Below, in pieces: positions 58,371-64,000 of a DNA stretch of 64,000 nt (position 1 is the stretch's first letter; every line of letters begins with the position of its first letter). Origin of the DNA: Heteronotia binoei (Eukaryota). Location: positions 23,870,001 through 23,934,000 of the forward strand of contig NC_083238.1 in NCBI RefSeq assembly GCF_032191835.1, given 5' to 3'. The notes beneath the pieces are model-generated. The model worked only from the letters and a program-made list of their open reading frames with translations. It was not told the DNA's origin and searched no databases. The translations under genes and the position numbers were made by a program.

Positions 58371-59029
58371 GTTGTTTCCTAGCAAGAGCCACTGAGGGAA
58401 TCCCTTGCTTAAAGCTACAGGTCCTCCTTTTATCACTTTTGCATTTTTAAACTACTCCCAATTTGTTCTTTTAGATTTCACATTTTTCTGCAAACCTGAT
58501 GTCCTTGCCTGTTCACAGTTGCAGTCACCAAATTTAATATCCAAAGATTGGCCATCTTCACTATTAGAATATAAGATGATCTCTCTCTCGCTCTCTAACT
58601 CTCTCACACACACACATATACACACACACTAAATCTAAATATACAATAAATTTAATATGTTGTTAATGGAATGTTAATTAGATATTAGATATATATACTT
58701 CTAAACCTCATTTGTTATTTTGAAAGTGCCCAAGATCCTTGCTACATTTAATTTGATTTTTACCCTACTTTTGGTCTCCATATCCAGTAATAACCTAGGA
58801 AATACATGTTTGTCCTCTTAAATCATTTTTTCCCCCAAACCTCATGTTTCATAGGTCTGTAATGCAACTGGGAAACTACTTTGGATGGAAAGGAGGCATT
58901 TAAATGTTTTAATAAACGATAATTAAATAATCTCTTCGATCATATTTGAACATCTTTTTGAACCTTATGTTAACTTGACTTGGTCATTTCCTGATAGTGG
59001 TTGTTCATGCATTCTGAATCTTCCTTTAT

Positions 59030-59560
59030 TATGACATTGAATTTCTATTGGACAAACCCATGTTGGCTGTTAGACCTGCTTTCCCACTCAACCATTCTTT
59101 CTTAAATCATACATTTACTGTTGCTTCAATTAGCAGTACGAGAAGTTACACTTGTAAATCCCCCCTACGCATTCATGAGAGAACAGACCCTTCCCTTTGG
59201 TTAACCATCCTCCAGTTATCTGGCACTATCCCCATTCCTTCAGAGTGCTTGGATATTGTAATTAAAACCTTCTCATGTTTTCCCTCATTCTTCTCCATTC
59301 AGTTTGTTGGGTTGTAATTTTTACTGGCTCCATGCCTTGGCAGCACTCAGCCATTCTAATTGCCTGCCTTCTCTGGTTTAATCAGAAAGCCTTTTAACTT
59401 CTCCTCCGGGCTTACAGCAAGATCAGTCCGAGTGGCCACAAGCTGCCCACTTGGGCTCTTTCATGAACCTTTCCGTAGCTCATTAGTGTCTTCACTTGAG
59501 AAAATACTTGTTGTCATTCTATATAGAACATCTGCTTCCCCCACCCCAGTACCACCATGA
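59030..59560 (-). mobile_element. Old CR1 RT fragment
   Basis: Minus-strand VPDNWRM and QHGFV remnants. Confidence 0.6.
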
Positions 59561-59579
59561 TATACAACCTAAAAACAAA

Positions 59580-59810
59580 TCTAAGAAGAGTTGGTCTTTA
59601 TACTCTGCTTTTCACTAGAGGTCTTAGAGTGGCTTACAATCACCTTCCCTTCCTCTCCCCACAACAGTCCCTGTGAGGCAGGTGAGGCTGAGAGAGTTCT
59701 GAGAACTGTGACTGACTCAATATCACTCAGTTGGCTTCATGTGGAGGAGTGGAGAATCAAACCCAGGTTAGAGGCTGTCACTCTTAACCACTACACCAAA
59801 CTGGTTCTTT
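59580..59810 (-). mobile_element. MIR-like SINE
   Basis: CCCCACAACAGTCCCTGTGAGGCAGG body; TTAACCACTACACCAAACTGG head. Confidence 0.82.
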
Positions 59811-60804
59811 ACATATATGTAAACACTTTACATATGTAATCACGAGGTGGTTTTTGTATATGGTCACTGTACTCCTAATTTATCTTCGTTGCACTGAATA
59901 AGTGAACAGAAATTAGTGCAGTTTAGTGGCTAACTTCGGAGCCTACACATTTACTTTGATGTTTTGCTGAGTTCTTTGGAACTTACTTCCTAGCACCTGT
60001 GGCTTCTGATCTCACTACGGATCCCAAGGTTGCCCTCCTTAGCTCTTTAAAGGTCAGAATGGATGAAACAGAGAAAGAGATCTTTACTCAAATGGCCTAA
60101 ATATGTATATACCCAGATTATAGGAATGTCCCACTTTAACATGTCAGAAACCTGTACATGTGTGCGCTCAGAGCAATTATTAATAATGGGATCTTTTGCC
60201 AAGTCTATACCAGGGTCCAAGGTCTAATCTAATGTCTCATAAGGGTGTGCAGACTCTTAAAAATAAGCAATCACTGGTATAGAGTTAAGAATTTATTAAG
60301 AAGAAGAAGAGCAAAGGGAATGAACAGACTGAATTCAGGGTTGGAGACACACACATGTGCAAGATAAACGTTCTATAAACTCTAACTTCTACTCAGTTCT
60401 AACTTTTGCAAATATTGCTAATATAAAGAGAAATGAGGGGACAAGAAGAACAAGGAAGTAAGACCTATGAGCCTGTCCCAGTAGGTGATATTCAGTAGGT
60501 TCATGAGAGGAAGAAAAAAGCAGTGTTGGTCAGAGTGGGGTGGAACAGTGGAGTGGGGTCATTGGTGCATTTGTGTTGGATGGCAGGGCCGCTACAGAGT
60601 CACACATGCATTCCCACTACTCGTTCCCATGTGGTGGTCTGGCGTCAGTTGCTGGATCCTAGTATTGAGATGAAACCCAAAGGCTGGATCAAAGTGATGG
60701 GATTCTTGGGGCTACTCAGGCTCTTTCATGAATTAAGATGTTCATCAGAACAGATAGGATCGGAGCCAAGAGTTTTAAACCTTATTGCTATATCAGGGAG
60801 ATTA

Positions 60805-60864
60805 CGAGCCTGCAGCAGACGTGGACTACTGCACCCTTCTTAAATCTTCGTTCGCAAAGTCAAG

Positions 60865-60912
<48 letters not shown>
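60805..60912 (+). mobile_element. Short 3' end of the same RTE family with (GA)n tail
   Basis: CGAGCCTGCAGCAGACGTGGACTACTGCACCCTTCTTAAATCTTCGTTCGC nearly identical to 36557-36610. Confidence 0.93.
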
Positions 60913-60916
<4 letters not shown>

Positions 60917-63209
60917 GGTGCAGGAAAATATCTCCCAAGGAGAGGGAAAGTGGGGTCATCCGTGCCAGTATGGTCTACTTTGGCTGACTCTCCATAGTCT
61001 CAGGGAGAAATCTTTCAAATCAGCTGTTACCTGATTCTTTTAAATGGGGGATGCTGTGGCTTGACCCTGGGACCTTCTGCAATCCAAGAAGATATTCTGC
61101 CGCTTAGTTGTAGCCCCTCTCCAAGCAACTGAGTCTGCTTACATGTGCGCTTATGTTAGTATATCTCAAATCCTCATGGATTATGAGAACAATTAAATTT
61201 AATTTTTCATAAATCAATGCCTTTTTTTAAAAAAAAAAATCAATGCTATTTTGGTGATGTTTCTGATTTTTTAAAAAAGCCTATAACTTTGTGGCATATT
61301 TTACATGCAGCAAGTTCCAAGTTGCAACTGCTGTTGAAAGAATCTAAGGAAACAGAGCTGAAAGATGTTAGACCCTTGGTGGCCGCTGCCTGTTGAAGTA
61401 GATAATACTAGTCTGGATGAGCCAAAGGTTTAACTCAACATGACAGCATCTCTGAAGCATCAGGGGCACACCATCAGTCTGCTTCTTTCACTGAGCAAGA
61501 GCTATTTCTGTTCACCAGATCCCAACCCGTATTGAGCCAAAAACTCCTTTTAAAAGAGGAATGTAACAAGTCGTCTTCTGGGTAACATAGCCACATTGTT
61601 CAGTCAAAGGTTTAACGATAGCTTCATATGTTCACTTGGAGAAGGAACCATTCCTTTCCTCTGAGATGCAGTGGTATTTGTACAAAAATATGCAAGAATG
61701 AGTTGTTAACAGAAGAGTAGTTTTGAGGTTCTACAAAGCAATGCACAGTGATGAATATAGCAGATGATTGGGGACTTGAGAGGCATTTTTATTAGTTATA
61801 CTGGACCTGAAATTTAATAGACACCCCTTCCACACACACCAATTCCAAGTCCCCACCTAGGCAGTTTTCCAGAGTGTGTTCTGTTCTCTAGACAGTGGTT
61901 GTCATGTTTCACCACATTTCCACTGAGAAAGGTTCTTCACGTGAAGAGTCCCTTTCAGCCCCTGAGATCACTGAGGCACAGGCCCCTCTGAGTGTTCTGC
62001 AGATAGGCCCCACAATTCTACCATGGCAACCAGTTGTGGTCCCCACCTCCAGTGACCAACCGGGTGCCACTTGGAAGGCCTGTGTCCTGCCAATGCCTTC
62101 TGGTGACCTGAAGCTGTTGCAGGAGCCCCGCCAAGGTCCCAAAACCACAGAGGTCCCCCCAGAACCTTAAGATTAGAAAAAAGGAGGACCAAGGAACAGA
62201 GAGGGATCCCTGAAGGACCACACAACGAGCAGCCCAGGGTCTGCCTCTGCTCAGTCTCTCTCTAGAAGGAGGTGAGGTGAAGTAGCTCTTGGCAAGAACC
62301 AGGGCTTTTAATCAGGTCATCAGAAGGGACACGGATCCCAGCTTCTCATGAAAGCCTGCAGAAACTTGGAAGCTTTGTTGTTTCAACAGCTCCCATAAGG
62401 CTTTGCTGCTGTTGTCTTGGCTTCTGCCTGCTTTATGTTGGCCAGCCTTCGAATCCCATTGAAGTAAATGAAGTTAACCCCGATCGGGATTGCGCTGTTA
62501 CCATCCCAGTCCGCCCATGCCTGTTAGAGGAATCCGAAGCAGAATTACACCCTTCCAAACTCATGTACTCCAATGGATTTAGAAAGGTGTAACTCCGATT
62601 AGTATGGCACTGTTAACATCCCAGTCCATCCCTGGTTTTAAGCGTACGGAGAAGCGAAGCCCAGATGACCTTGAAGGCCCAACGATACGAAGCGAATCGG
62701 AGTGGGTAAGCCATCTCAACAGAAAGAGCCTTCTTTGCCTACTGCGGAGGGAAGCCGCGTACGACAAGAAGAGCCCAGGCAAAACTGCAAGTGCACAGTT
62801 TCCAGGGATGAAAGTAGGCTAATTAGTGTAGGAGGCTGAAGGGTTACAGAGAGCATTAGGTGTAAGAATGACACGATAGAGTGGGAAGCTAGCAGTCAGG
62901 GGCAGATGGTGCAATAATGTGACCTTCTGGGAAAGAGATGCTTAAAATAAACTAGAACAAATTCATTTCCTGCAAAAAAATAGCAATGCCTAATTCCCCC
63001 CCCCCCTCGGTTGTGCATATAAAAGTATTAATACGACCATTGTTTTGCTGCAGTAGTATATTTTTATTTAGGAAATCAGTCATTTGCGGAATAACATCCA
63101 CAATTCCTTCGAGCAAAGTGAGAGTCCCTAATTCTTTATTTGTAGAATATTTCAAGAGATAGTTCGGAGAGCACTGGATCAAGTTGTAACGATTTGGTGC
63201 CCAGATGAT

Positions 63210-63403
63210 CAATGTTCCCTCTAAACTGAGTGCGTGTGAGCTAGCTCACAATTTTTTAGCCTCCAGTTCATGCATTATTGTCTCAGCTCAGGAAAAATGG
63301 CCCTAGAGCAAACTAATTTATGTAGTAGCTCACAACTTTAATGCTAGTAGCTCACAGAGTATAATTTTTGTTCACAAGGCTACATAGCTTAGAGGGAACA
63401 TTG
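63210..63403. mobile_element. hAT MITE (CAATGTTCCCTCTAA family), opposite orientation to 41322
   Basis: TIRs CAATGTTCCCTCTAA / TTAGAGGGAACATTG; perfect TSD CAGATGAT. Confidence 0.92.
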
Positions 63404-63609
63404 CAGATGATGCCAAAGAATAACCCTCAATCCATTGTTCCCTTTGCCTGTTAGTTTGCTTTCCACAATAGGGGTTCCTCAGCAATGGAGGTCTTTCTTG
63501 AACTCCCAACAGGATGTAACCAATTGTAATTTGTTCTACGCTCATGTCGTAGATCATGTTTGCATTTTGTATGTAAGATCCCTGTAATAGACCAAGATTT
63601 GAGTCCAGA

Positions 63610-63730
63610 TATAGCTGATGAAGGCAGCTTTGACTCTCAAAAGCTCATACTCTGAAAATTTCATGGGTCTCAAAGCTGCTACTGGACTGAAATCTAGCTG
63701 CAGCAAACCAACAGCTACCCTCTGAAACTA
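63610..63730 (+). mobile_element. Penelope-like terminal fragment (related pieces at ~33055-33140, ~40890-40965, ~51575-51690)
   Basis: GCTGATGAAGG...CTCAAAAGCTCATAC...GCTACTGGACT motif recalled from reptile Penelope-like repeats; family name unverified. Confidence 0.5.
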
Positions 63731-63861
63731 GCCCTGTAATATAGCTTTACATAAAGCTCTGTCTAAATTCATTTCCTTCATGGATTCTTTCCTTCATAGC
63801 AGCTATTTACTGCTAGGTAATATGAACTTCATTATGAACCTTGTGCCTACATTGGTGGTGG

Positions 63862-64000
63862 TTGTTTTTTGCTGTCAACTCACAGCTGACTTATGGCAAC
63901 CCCTAGTGTGGTTTTCAATGCAAGAGAAATTTCAGAGGTGGTTTGCCATTGCCTACCTCTGGGTCATGATTCTGGTATCCCTTGAAGGTCTCCCATCCAA
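63862..64000 (-). mobile_element. 5S-headed SINE, truncated by the window edge
   Basis: CAACTCACAGCTGACTTATGGCAACCCC...GGTGGTTTGCCATTGCC...TCTCCCATCCAA. Confidence 0.8.

Noticed and set aside
62952-63212. 86-aa minus-strand ORF as an exon
   Set aside because: No recognisable homology; starts within a MITE boundary.
14600-64000. Exons of the next syntenic gene (SLC4A10 in mammals)
   Set aside because: No SLC4-like peptide recognised in any frame; non-coding leader exons cannot be excluded.

Overview
Vertebrate genomic DNA, most likely a gecko (squamate) judging by the SINE, CR1, L2 and RTE repertoire; species not determinable from the sequence. Bases 1-~14.6 kb are a CpG-rich, almost transposon-free domain. 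It holds the last intron and terminal coding exon of TBR1 (+ strand, 5109-6170), which is broken by a dozen or more frame switches that look like long-read insertion errors. It also holds a putative long 3' UTR and two near-perfect REST/RE1 sites bracketing the exon. The remaining ~49 kb has no recognisable host exon and is dense in mobile elements: tRNA-, MIR-like and 5S-headed SINEs, CR1/L2/L1 fragments, a 5'-truncated RTE with an intact 598-codon RT ORF, hAT and PIF/Harbinger-like MITEs (several with clean TSDs) and a solo LTR. The most unusual signal is two independent head-to-tail SINE multimers (tetramer at 16.2 kb, trimer at 34.15 kb). They share a junction sequence and a diagnostic base that the local monomers lack, suggesting a multimer that is itself mobile; that base also creates consensus T-box sites. 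Repeat family names are from memory and need a RepeatMasker/Dfam check. Coordinates of decayed repeats are approximate.
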